A DNA stretch of 64,000 bases from a virus: the IMG/VR virus record IMGVR_UViG_3300044623_001092; one strand, 5' to 3'. Positions 51,089 through 59,605 of the stretch are shown here, piece by piece. The notes beneath the pieces are model-generated. The model did no database searches. It saw nothing but the letters and a program-made list of their open reading frames with translations, and was not told the DNA's origin. Made by a program: the position numbers and the translations under genes. The first letter of the stretch is position 1. Every line of letters begins with the position of its first letter.

Positions 51089-52036
51089 TTATTGTATAAT
51101 ACCACAATCATTTAAAAATGATTCTAGTTGTTTTATTTGGTTTATTGGTAAACAATTATTCTCATACCATTTTCGGGCATTGTTGATAATATCAATATAA
51201 TCATCATTACTATTAATGTAATTAATTTTATCAGTAATTTTTTCCATAATATAATTATGTTCTGACGAATTGTATAACTTACTTCTAATATCGTCATCCA
51301 AAAGAGTGATGTAATGAACATCATCAATTAGTGGGTCATTTGTTTTTATACTTAATGGTTCTCTTAAACATAAAATACCAAGTCCAAAATATTCTAAATC
51401 TCGGTAACAAATTTTTGCTGCACCATTTAAACTTATCCCAAATTTATATTTAGTGATTTCATTAAAATAATTGGTCTTATTTAGGTAATCGGTTGGATTT
51501 GATTTGTCTTTAAATAAAAATAATTTATTAGTTGATAATAAATTTCGATATGCGTCTCGTTCACCATAACATAATCCATTAAAATAAATATTGTTTAATC
51601 TATCAGGATAATTTCTATTGTCCTCAATACGTTGAACATCACTTAAATTTTCTAAAATATAGAATGATGGTATAATATTATATTTTGTTGAGTATCTTGA
51701 AATAATATCATCAGTTAAATTTGATGTACATGAGAAGGCCACTACATCAAAGTTTAGAATTCCACTACTATCGTCCATCATCGCGGGAGCATAGTCGGAT
51801 AAACTATGAATGAATGTTTTATTAGTTTCTTTATTTGTGACGATTAAATTATAAATACTAAAAATAGAGGTTGAGGATGATATATCACAATTATCAAATC
51901 GTTGAGACAATTCAGAAATTGGGGTGTATATTACATCATCACCATATTTTGAAACTAAATGTTCATAAAATAAGTGATAAATTTCCCCAACGTACCAATC
52001 ATGTTGGTAACGATTAAAAGAAACTTCAATAGTCAT
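51089..52036 (-). CDS. GT-B-fold glycosyltransferase-like protein
   Basis: IYFNG..R, YFNEITKYKFGISLNG...CYRDLE..GLG resembles the Glyco_trans_1_2/GT47 C-terminus. Confidence 0.6.
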   Translation of the reverse strand: MTIEVSFNRYQHDWYVGEIYHLFYEHLVSKYGDDVIYTPISELSQRFDNCDISSSTSIFSIYNLIVTNKETNKTFIHSLSDYAPAMMDDSSGILNFDVVAFSCTSNLTDDIISRYSTKYNIIPSFYILENLSDVQRIEDNRNYPDRLNNIYFNGLCYGERDAYRNLLSTNKLFLFKDKSNPTDYLNKTNYFNEITKYKFGISLNGAAKICYRDLEYFGLGILCLREPLSIKTNDPLIDDVHYITLLDDDIRSKLYNSSEHNYIMEKITDKINYINSNDDYIDIINNARKWYENNCLPINQIKQLESFLNDCGIIQ

Positions 52037-52880
52037 AACAAGGTATTATTTGTACATTATTTATTTTACTAAAAATTAAAAAATTTGAAGTTCGACTCCA
52101 TTCTGAAATATGTGTTATATTTAATGAATCAGATAAAGTTAACATATCAAAAATTGTAAATTTAGTTCTCTCAAATAATTCATTTTGAGACATTACAGGT
52201 TTTTTGCCCGTCCAATGGTTCCCTATTTCATTCTCATATGGTATATCGTATGATATTATTTTACCATCACCTAATTCTTTTATTTTATCTTTAAGTTTAG
52301 AACTATTTGAACACACAAAAATTTTATCATTATTCACTATTAATTCACTAATTAATTTTTCATATTTTAGATATAATTTGGAATCATCAATGTAGTCGTA
52401 AGTCCTGAAATAGATTGAATTAAATGGTGTATTTAAATCATATTTAGTTTTAATGTTACGATATTCTTCGTAAATATTTTGATTAAATAATTTAATATCT
52501 TTAGGTGTTTTACTTTCTTGATATGGATATATGGATAACAATCCATATTTGAAGTTCTCAGGGTCGCTAATAAATAAGTCCCACCAATGTTGACCTGGTG
52601 ATGCACTACCTAATGTGTAAACTCTAGTTAAATCTTCATGAACAATTTGACTTATAGGTGTATCAACAATTGTAACCTTTGAAAAATGGTTAAAAACCTT
52701 TTCATTAAATAAATCAAAAAAATTTTCGTTATATAAATAAACGTTATTTCTTATGTTTAAAATTAACTCAATATCGTATCCATTTTTTTTTAGTGTTTCG
52801 GCGGTTTCAAGGTATTCATATACCGCCACAATACAATCACCTAAACCTGATGAAAAATTATGTTGTATTAATGCTCTCAT
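52026..52880 (-). CDS. Fucosyltransferase-fold glycosyltransferase (GT11/GT23/GT65-like)
   Basis: SGLGD, SIYFRTYD, IFVCSNS, DMLTLS, SNF motifs. Confidence 0.6.
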   Translation of the reverse strand: MRALIQHNFSSGLGDCIVAVYEYLETAETLKKNGYDIELILNIRNNVYLYNENFFDLFNEKVFNHFSKVTIVDTPISQIVHEDLTRVYTLGSASPGQHWWDLFISDPENFKYGLLSIYPYQESKTPKDIKLFNQNIYEEYRNIKTKYDLNTPFNSIYFRTYDYIDDSKLYLKYEKLISELIVNNDKIFVCSNSSKLKDKIKELGDGKIISYDIPYENEIGNHWTGKKPVMSQNELFERTKFTIFDMLTLSDSLNITHISEWSRTSNFLIFSKINNVQIIPCYDY

Positions 52881-52892
52881 GTTAATTGGTTT

Positions 52893-53423
52893 TTATTTTA
52901 TAGCTTCGACATTTAAACTCATTAATTTCCCATTTTCTTTATCCATATGTGGTATATAGGCTTGTGAGAAATCGTCAATATTTGAATGTTCAGTTTTTCT
53001 CCAATCAAAGTAATTAACTTCTTTAAAATTAATCGAGATTAAATCTTTTTTTAATGAGTTGAAATCCCATATGTAATAATGGAAATTTTCTTTGTAAGTT
53101 TGACCACCATATAGGAACCCCATTAATTTTGATAAATCTTTGGTCTCATTATAATGTTCGTTAACTGATTGGAAATTAGGTACGGATATTCGTAACACAC
53201 CACCTTCTTTTAAAATTTCAAACCATCGTTTTAACACATTAAGATATTCATGTCGACCAAAATGTTCTAATACGTGACAAGCGTAGATTACGTCAACACT
53301 ATTGTTGGGTATTTTATTTAACTTGTAAATATCGTCAATAATGTCAGGATTAACGTCAGGTCTAATATCAATATTTACATACCCTTCAATTTTTTTCAAC
53401 CCACAACCTAAATGTAATTTCAT
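52893..53423 (-). CDS. SAM-dependent methyltransferase (Methyltransf_11-like)
   Basis: LHLGCG, YVNID, HVLEH, LKEGGVLRISVP. Confidence 0.85.
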   Translation of the reverse strand: MKLHLGCGLKKIEGYVNIDIRPDVNPDIIDDIYKLNKIPNNSVDVIYACHVLEHFGRHEYLNVLKRWFEILKEGGVLRISVPNFQSVNEHYNETKDLSKLMGFLYGGQTYKENFHYYIWDFNSLKKDLISINFKEVNYFDWRKTEHSNIDDFSQAYIPHMDKENGKLMSLNVEAIK

Positions 53424-53443
53424 ATTTAATTTTTTTTCTTATT

Positions 53444-54334
53444 TTATTTTATTAAGTTTTCATTATCAAAAAAACTATAAACGTTATCAAAATTCCCTCT
53501 TATCATTGGGACAACCATTGATAGATTACCAGGGTACAGGATGACATGTTTACATTTTGATGCGATAATAACTAATGACAATAATCTTTGTAAATATTCT
53601 ACCTTACTCATTTTATATTTCTCATAAAATGTTGTATCACTAACTGAGTTAAGTTTAACGTGAAAACCTTTTAAATCCTCGGAAAATGGTAATTCATCTA
53701 ATATGTTAATACTGATTTTACTGTTGAATTCGTTAAAGACAGTGATATCGTCGGTCTGTAATATAATTTTGTTATTTTCTAAATTATTGTCGTTAATTAT
53801 TTTTAAGTAAGTATCCACTGATGGTACATCATTCTCCACAACCTTATCAGTTTTTCTAGCCCAAATAAATACGGTATTATCAAAGTCGATTTTATATTTT
53901 TCTAATATGTTTGTGTATACTTTTTTAGTATCATCAGATAATGAAAAATAAGTTTTAATAACCCGATTAATTATGTCAAAATTTATGTGGTGTTTTTCTC
54001 TACCTAAACCTAAATGACTTGGTTCTTGATATCTTAAAGTATGTTTAAAAACATTATCTGAAATATCACTTAAATTAATCTTTTCATGGTTAATTTTAAA
54101 TAACTTCGTATAGAAATCTAATGTATCATCATATTCGGTTAACGTTAATGAAATATTTTCAGGGGTTAAACCCATATAAATGTATGTCAGTATCCCATAT
54201 GAACATACACACAAATTTGAAAATAAACCAGCATGTCTATTTAGATAATATGTGTTATCTAATTTATTATATTCATGAGTACCACCCCATAAATCTAATT
54301 TAACTAAGTTTTCATTAGAATAAGTTTGTGTCAT
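53444..54334 (-). CDS. NodZ/GT23-like glycosyltransferase, paralog 1 (start revised to MTQTYSN)
   Basis: AGLFSN, FIWARKTDK, IILQTDD, LYPGN. Confidence 0.6.
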   Translation of the reverse strand: MTQTYSNENLVKLDLWGGTHEYNKLDNTYYLNRHAGLFSNLCVCSYGILTYIYMGLTPENISLTLTEYDDTLDFYTKLFKINHEKINLSDISDNVFKHTLRYQEPSHLGLGREKHHINFDIINRVIKTYFSLSDDTKKVYTNILEKYKIDFDNTVFIWARKTDKVVENDVPSVDTYLKIINDNNLENNKIILQTDDITVFNEFNSKISINILDELPFSEDLKGFHVKLNSVSDTTFYEKYKMSKVEYLQRLLSLVIIASKCKHVILYPGNLSMVVPMIRGNFDNVYSFFDNENLIK

Positions 54335-55241
54335 TTTGAAATAAAAAACAATTTTTATACGTATTTTTATATATTGGGACAACTGTTGCACCACAACCTG
54401 GATATATTATACATTTTTTTGAGTTTATACCTAATAAAGTTATGCAGATTATTTGGGTGATGTATTCGGATTTATCAATATTAAAATCATTGAAGAACTC
54501 ATCATCAGGGGTTTTACTAATTAACCTATGGAAAGAATAACCTTTAGCGAATGGTATTTCATCAAAGTATTCGTAATTAAAATTTAACTCATTAAATTCA
54601 TCTATCATAGTTTTATCGTCGGTCTGAATGATTATTCTGTCATTTAATAAATTTTCTTCTTTTAAAATTTCATAATATTTTGTAGCATTAGGTATCGTAT
54701 TTTCTTCGATTTTATCCGTTCTTCTAGCCCAAATGAATACATAATCATCTTTAATAAGACCTTTACTTGAAAACATTTTTTCGAAGTATTCATATACCTT
54801 ATCGTTTGGTGTGAAAAATTTTTTAATTATTCTATTAGTTATCTCTAAGTTTAATACAGTACTAAACTTTTCGTCAAAATTTGATTTAGGGTAACCCAAC
54901 CCAAATTTTGATGGGTATGAATTATGATAAAAATCGTGAATATCTTCGTTAGATAAATCATCAAATTTTAATTCGTATTCTTCATTTAGATTAAAAAATT
55001 GTGGATAGATATCTTCATACGAATAATCGGTCATTGTTAATTTAAAATTTTTAACTTTATACCCATTAATCGTTAATATATAAATCCCAAACATTGCGAC
55101 TGTTACATTTGAATAAAAACCGCAGTCTCTGGTTATAACAAATGATTCGGTGTCTTTATAGTAAACTTGACTACCACCCCATAAGTCTAAATTTAAAATA
55201 TTATCTGTATAATCTGATATGTAATGTAAGTAATTTGACAT
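54315..55241 (-). CDS. NodZ/GT23-like glycosyltransferase, paralog 2
   Basis: CGFYSN, FIWARRTDK, IIIQTDD, IYPG; shares LDLWGG with its neighbour. Confidence 0.6.
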   Translation of the reverse strand: MSNYLHYISDYTDNILNLDLWGGSQVYYKDTESFVITRDCGFYSNVTVAMFGIYILTINGYKVKNFKLTMTDYSYEDIYPQFFNLNEEYELKFDDLSNEDIHDFYHNSYPSKFGLGYPKSNFDEKFSTVLNLEITNRIIKKFFTPNDKVYEYFEKMFSSKGLIKDDYVFIWARRTDKIEENTIPNATKYYEILKEENLLNDRIIIQTDDKTMIDEFNELNFNYEYFDEIPFAKGYSFHRLISKTPDDEFFNDFNIDKSEYITQIICITLLGINSKKCIIYPGCGATVVPIYKNTYKNCFLFQNDTNLF

Positions 55242-55244
55242 TTA

Positions 55245-56492
55245 TTATAAGTTTCCTGTTAATCTATCACACCACCCTTTTGATTGACTATGAGGCCAAA
55301 CAACCCAATGACTTGGTTTATGTGTTGTTTGAAATTGTCTCCATACTTTACAATAACCGTCAGGGTCATTTTTCATATTTCTAATTTCATTTTGGTCAGC
55401 ATCTTGTCTATGTATTGTTTCATCGTTCTCATCGTGGAACGCTACTACCCAAAAATCATAATCATCTTCAGGAACACTATCGTAACCAATATCAATACAA
55501 TGTTTGAAGATACTAGCAAAACTACTTAACCATTCTTCTTCCGACTCAAAAATTTGAGGATTTGGAGGATATTGTTTATCTAAAGTATGTTGTTGTACTG
55601 CTCTTTTTGAAAATAATAAACCCGAATAAATTTCGTATTCTTTTAATGTACGTTCAGTCCCAAAACCGTATTGACCAAATTCTAATGTTACTTCTTCACC
55701 ATCCATTCCGAATAGTTGTCTATTTTTTGAGTGTGATATACTATTTTTGGTCCCCCAATCTTTATCATCGTCCCATTGTTTTGTTCTCCCCTTACGAGTA
55801 TATTCGTGCCAAACAACGACTTTATGTGGGTGGAATAAATCGTATCCGTGAGTATATGCTCTTGCAGCGATTGAAATCTCTTCACCATGGAAATAAAATT
55901 CAGGGTCATGTTGTACCTCAGTACTGAATTGACCAACAGTAAATGCGAAATGCGCTGAGTAGAATCTTGATGTTACAGGTTCTTTTAGTTTTTCCCAACT
56001 TGGTATTGTTTCAGGTAAGAAAAATACCGCACCTTCAGGAATGAATCTGTCAAACGCCATTCTCCATGGTTCTTTAATTCGTTCTGCGGGGTCATTTTCA
56101 GGATTGAATGAAGAAACATATCCCGTTAAAAGAGGTTTTTCAAAACCTTTCTTTTGAAGTTGTTTAATCATTTTAATTAATGTGTCGTCCCAATCCTTTT
56201 CAAATCTCATATGTGAGTCAATTTGAAGAGTATATTCCTCACCACCATATAATTGTTGAACTTGATTTCTTGCCCAACAAACACCTTTAGATTCAGAATA
56301 TAAAACATCCGTAACTCTAAAACGTTTATCTTTACTATATTCCTCTAACGAATCAAATCCGTCTTCAGGATGATATTGTCGACAAATACCAATAACCAAA
56401 TTTTTCGGTCTTTTAGCATTTTCAATCATACTTTTAATGGTTGGGACTAATTGGGGGTCTCTATACGAGGCAATTTGAATAAAAATTTTCAT
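55245..56492 (-). CDS. GT60-like polypeptide / Skp1-hydroxyproline N-acetylglucosaminyltransferase (GlcNAc family)
   Basis: IFIQIASYRDP, SKGVCWAR, LQIDSHMRF..DWD, FHGEEISIAARAYTHGYDLFHP..VVWHEY are hallmark motifs of this family. Confidence 0.85.
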   Translation of the reverse strand: MKIFIQIASYRDPQLVPTIKSMIENAKRPKNLVIGICRQYHPEDGFDSLEEYSKDKRFRVTDVLYSESKGVCWARNQVQQLYGGEEYTLQIDSHMRFEKDWDDTLIKMIKQLQKKGFEKPLLTGYVSSFNPENDPAERIKEPWRMAFDRFIPEGAVFFLPETIPSWEKLKEPVTSRFYSAHFAFTVGQFSTEVQHDPEFYFHGEEISIAARAYTHGYDLFHPHKVVVWHEYTRKGRTKQWDDDKDWGTKNSISHSKNRQLFGMDGEEVTLEFGQYGFGTERTLKEYEIYSGLLFSKRAVQQHTLDKQYPPNPQIFESEEEWLSSFASIFKHCIDIGYDSVPEDDYDFWVVAFHDENDETIHRQDADQNEIRNMKNDPDGYCKVWRQFQTTHKPSHWVVWPHSQSKGWCDRLTGNL

Positions 56493-56553
56493 ATAATATT
56501 AATTTTATAAAAAAAATAATATTATAACCTAAAAAATAAACGTAAAATAAAAA

Positions 56554-57015
56554 TTAAATACAATAAGTCCCTATGGTTATTACGATACCTTCATCAGACG
56601 ATGGTGTTTTACCGCAAACGTATATTTCGGTGGATGGGTTTAAAGTACTATTAACCATAATACTATTACAATTAATAAAGTTATACATTAAAAAACTTAA
56701 TGTTGGATTATTAAATGTTATATTATGACACGAGTTAGGGGTGGGTGTTGGTGTTGGTGTCATTGTCGGAGTCATTGTTGGTGTTGGGGTTGGGGGGCAT
56801 GCCACATATTGAAAGGTTTCACAACCTGATGAATCAATAATTTTAATTAATAAACTATTAACACCATTAAGTTGTGACGGTATATTAATATATAAATAAG
56901 GTGGAACTGAAACAACTCCTGTCTCAACAGTATAACAATAAGTATTTGTTATATCACATATAATAATGTCGTAAGGTGAATGACCTGTTACACCTGAAAT
57001 TTCAATAATTTGCAT
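56554..57015 (-). CDS. Small putative virion protein with a Pro/Thr linker
   Basis: Two small Cys-containing domains joined by PPTPTPTMTPTMTPTPTPTP; TATTTATA motif upstream. Confidence 0.65.
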   Translation of the reverse strand: MQIIEISGVTGHSPYDIIICDITNTYCYTVETGVVSVPPYLYINIPSQLNGVNSLLIKIIDSSGCETFQYVACPPTPTPTMTPTMTPTPTPTPNSCHNITFNNPTLSFLMYNFINCNSIMVNSTLNPSTEIYVCGKTPSSDEGIVITIGTYCI

Positions 57016-57044
57016 AATCTTCAGTATAAATATAATTCAACATA

Positions 57045-59588
57045 TTAATTATTAAACTGTAATAATATACCACCACTTCCATTTTGAAGAGTTAATCGAC
57101 TACCATCTTGTAATAACAACACACTAAAAATAGTTGTTGGTGTTACTGTCATTGTTGGAGTAACTGTCATTGTTGGTGTAACAGATGGCGTAGGCGTATT
57201 AGTTGGTGTTTCAGTTACTGTTGGTGTAGGTGTGTTAGTTGGTGTTTCAGTTACACTTGGAGTTATTGATGAAGTAGGTGTTTGTGTCGGAGTATCCGTT
57301 ACTGTTGGTGTAGGTGTTTGTGTTGGAGTTTCAGTTATACTTGGTGTAGGTGTTTGTGTTGGTGTCTCAGTTACTGTTGGTGTAGGAGTGTTAGTTGGTG
57401 TTTCAGTAACGGTATTCGTAGGGGTATTGGTTGGGGTCTCAGTTACTGTAGGTGTTGGTGTTTCAGTTGGAGTGTTGGTTGGTGTTTCTGTATTAGTTGG
57501 TGTTGGAGTGTTGGTTGGTGTTTCTGTATTAGTTGGTGTATTAGTCGGAGTTTCAGTAACACTTGGTGTTGGGGTATTAGTAGGTGTTTCAGTATTTGTC
57601 GGTGTTTGAGTTGGCGTAGGGGTTTCAGTGTTAGTCGGAGTGTTAGTCGGAGTCTCAGTTACGGTAGGTGTTGGAGTTGGAGTTTCAGTTGGTGTGTTAG
57701 TAGGTGTTTCGGTTACAGTTGGTGTTGGAGTTTCAGTTGGAGTATTAGTTGGTGTTTCAGTTACACTCGGTGTAGGGGTACTAGTAGGTGTTTCAGTATT
57801 AGTAGGGGTGTTGGTCGGTGTTTCAGTTGGAGTATTAGTTACAGTTGATGTTGGGGTGTTAGTTGGTGTTTCAGTATTAGTAGGTGTTTGAGTTGGAGTT
57901 TCGGTTACGGTGGGTGTAGGTGTTTGAGTTGGGGTTTCGGTTACGGTAGGTGTTGGTGTGTTAGTTGGGGTATTAGTTGGTGTTTCAGTTACAGTTGGTG
58001 TTGGTGTTTCAGTTGGAGTCTCAGTTACTGTAGGTGTTGGGGTACTAGTTGGAGTCTCAGTATTAGTTGGTGTATTAGTCGGAGTTTCAGTAACACTTGG
58101 AGTAGGTGTACTAGTCGGTGTTTCAGTATTAGTTGGGGTGTTAGTTGGCGTTTCAGTTGGGGTGTTAGTTGGCGTTTCAGTAACAGTTGGTGTTGGGGTC
58201 TCAGTATTAGTTGGTGTATTAGTTGGGGTAGGTGTGCTAGTCGGTGTTTCAGTATTAGTTGGAGTGTTAGTTGGTGTTTCAGTAACTGTTGGAGTTGGAG
58301 TTTCGGTAGGTGTTTCGGTAACCGTTGGAGTAGGTGTTTGAGTCGGAGTGTTGGTTGGTGTTTCAGTAACAGTTGGTGTAGGCGTTTCAGTTGGAGTTTC
58401 AGTATTTGTTGGTGTGTTAGTAGGGGTCTCAGTAACAGTTGATGTAGGCGTTTGTGTTGGAGTTTCGGTAACAGTTGATGTTGGGGTATTAGTTGGGGTT
58501 TCTGTTACGGTATTAGTTGGCGTGTTAGTCGGTGTTTCGGTTACGGTATTAGTTGGCGTATTTGTTGGTGTTTCAGTGTTAGTCGGTGTTGGTGTTTGTG
58601 TTGGAGTTTCGGTAATAGTAGGTGTCACAGTATTGGTTGGGGTAACGGTATTAGTTGGGGTAACAGTACTCGTTTGTGTTGGGGTTTGTGTTGGAGTTTG
58701 TGTTGGTGTTTCTGTTACGGTAGGTGTTGGAGTATTAGTCGGTGTTTCTGTATTTGTTGGTGTGTTAGTCGGTGTTTCTGTATTTGTTGGTGTGTTAGTC
58801 GGTGTTTCTGTATTTGTTGGTGTGTTAGTCGGTGTTTCTGTGTTAGTTGGTGTTGGTGTATTGGTAGGTGTTTCGGTAATAGTCTGCGTAGGAGTTTGAG
58901 TAGGTGTATCAGTTATTGTTGGTGTATTTGTTGGTGTTTGTGTTGGGGTTTCAGTATTAGTTTGTGTTGGTGTGGAAGTATTCGTTGGCGTAGGAATATT
59001 AACAGTTATTGTTGGAGTTTGTGTCGGGGTGTTTGTTGGGGTATTTGTTTGAGTATTTGTTTGAGTATTTGTTGGGGTATTTGTTTGAGTGGGTGTTTGT
59101 GTTGGTGTTTGAGTTTTAGTAGGTGTATTGGTCGGTGTATTAGTTGATGTTACGGTCTTTGTTGGTGTTGGTGTTCTAGTTATTAAACAAGGGTTTAATG
59201 TTTTTGTTGGTGTTTGTGTTTGTGTTGGAGTTTGTGTTTGTGTTGGAGTATTAGTGGGTGTTTTAGTTAATAAACAAGGATTTAATGTTGGTGTTGATGT
59301 TGGTGTTTTAGTATTAGTTGGTGTAGGTGTTTTAGTATTAGTCGGCGTAGGTGTTACTGTTGGTGTTGGTCTATAAACATTTAAAAAATTAGGACAATCA
59401 CTACCTTCAACTAATATAGTATATGTACCATAAACCTCTCTTGAAGGAATTAATAAAGAAGGTTCAAAATCGAAAGGTAATTCAACATCACCTAAATTAA
59501 TAGTAATAACATCATTGTCTGGTTTAAAAAGAATATTAGCAATTTCCCCATCATAGTTGATACTACTTATCGTTATTATTTGAGACAT
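57045..59588 (-). CDS. Mucin-like Thr/Pro-rich protein (847 aa)
   Basis: About 75-aa N-terminal domain, about 745 aa of TPT(N/Q/P/E/S)T / VTETP repeats, short C-terminal [14 protein letters not shown] motif. Confidence 0.85.
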   Translation of the reverse strand: MSQIITISSINYDGEIANILFKPDNDVITINLGDVELPFDFEPSLLIPSREVYGTYTILVEGSDCPNFLNVYRPTPTVTPTPTNTKTPTPTNTKTPTSTPTLNPCLLTKTPTNTPTQTQTPTQTQTPTKTLNPCLITRTPTPTKTVTSTNTPTNTPTKTQTPTQTPTQTNTPTNTQTNTQTNTPTNTPTQTPTITVNIPTPTNTSTPTQTNTETPTQTPTNTPTITDTPTQTPTQTITETPTNTPTPTNTETPTNTPTNTETPTNTPTNTETPTNTPTNTETPTNTPTPTVTETPTQTPTQTPTQTSTVTPTNTVTPTNTVTPTITETPTQTPTPTNTETPTNTPTNTVTETPTNTPTNTVTETPTNTPTSTVTETPTQTPTSTVTETPTNTPTNTETPTETPTPTVTETPTNTPTQTPTPTVTETPTETPTPTVTETPTNTPTNTETPTSTPTPTNTPTNTETPTPTVTETPTNTPTETPTNTPTNTETPTSTPTPSVTETPTNTPTNTETPTSTPTPTVTETPTETPTPTVTETPTNTPTNTPTPTVTETPTQTPTPTVTETPTQTPTNTETPTNTPTSTVTNTPTETPTNTPTNTETPTSTPTPSVTETPTNTPTETPTPTVTETPTNTPTETPTPTPTVTETPTNTPTNTETPTPTQTPTNTETPTNTPTPSVTETPTNTPTNTETPTNTPTPTNTETPTNTPTETPTPTVTETPTNTPTNTVTETPTNTPTPTVTETPTQTPTPSITETPTQTPTPTVTDTPTQTPTSSITPSVTETPTNTPTPTVTETPTNTPTPSVTPTMTVTPTMTVTPTTIFSVLLLQDGSRLTLQNGSGGILLQFNN
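57130..59370 (-). repeat. Low-complexity coding repeat (G/T-rich on +), including a perfect 30-bp x3 tandem at 58741-58830
   Basis: ggtgtttctgtatttgttggtgtgttagtc occurs three times; the remainder is synonymously diversified. Confidence 0.9.
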
Positions 59589-59605
59589 TCTCTATTTTTA
59601 ATTTT

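Noticed and set aside
51085-54394. Longer starts given in the ORF track for 50386-51111 and 53444-54394
   Set aside because: They overlap upstream genes unnecessarily. ATGs at 51084 and 54334 fit the gene packing, and 54334 also fits the paralog alignment.
57232-59376. Many plus-strand Val/Gly- and Cys/Trp-rich ORFs
   Set aside because: They are antisense shadows of the Thr/Pro repeat gene, with no independent starts or upstream motifs.
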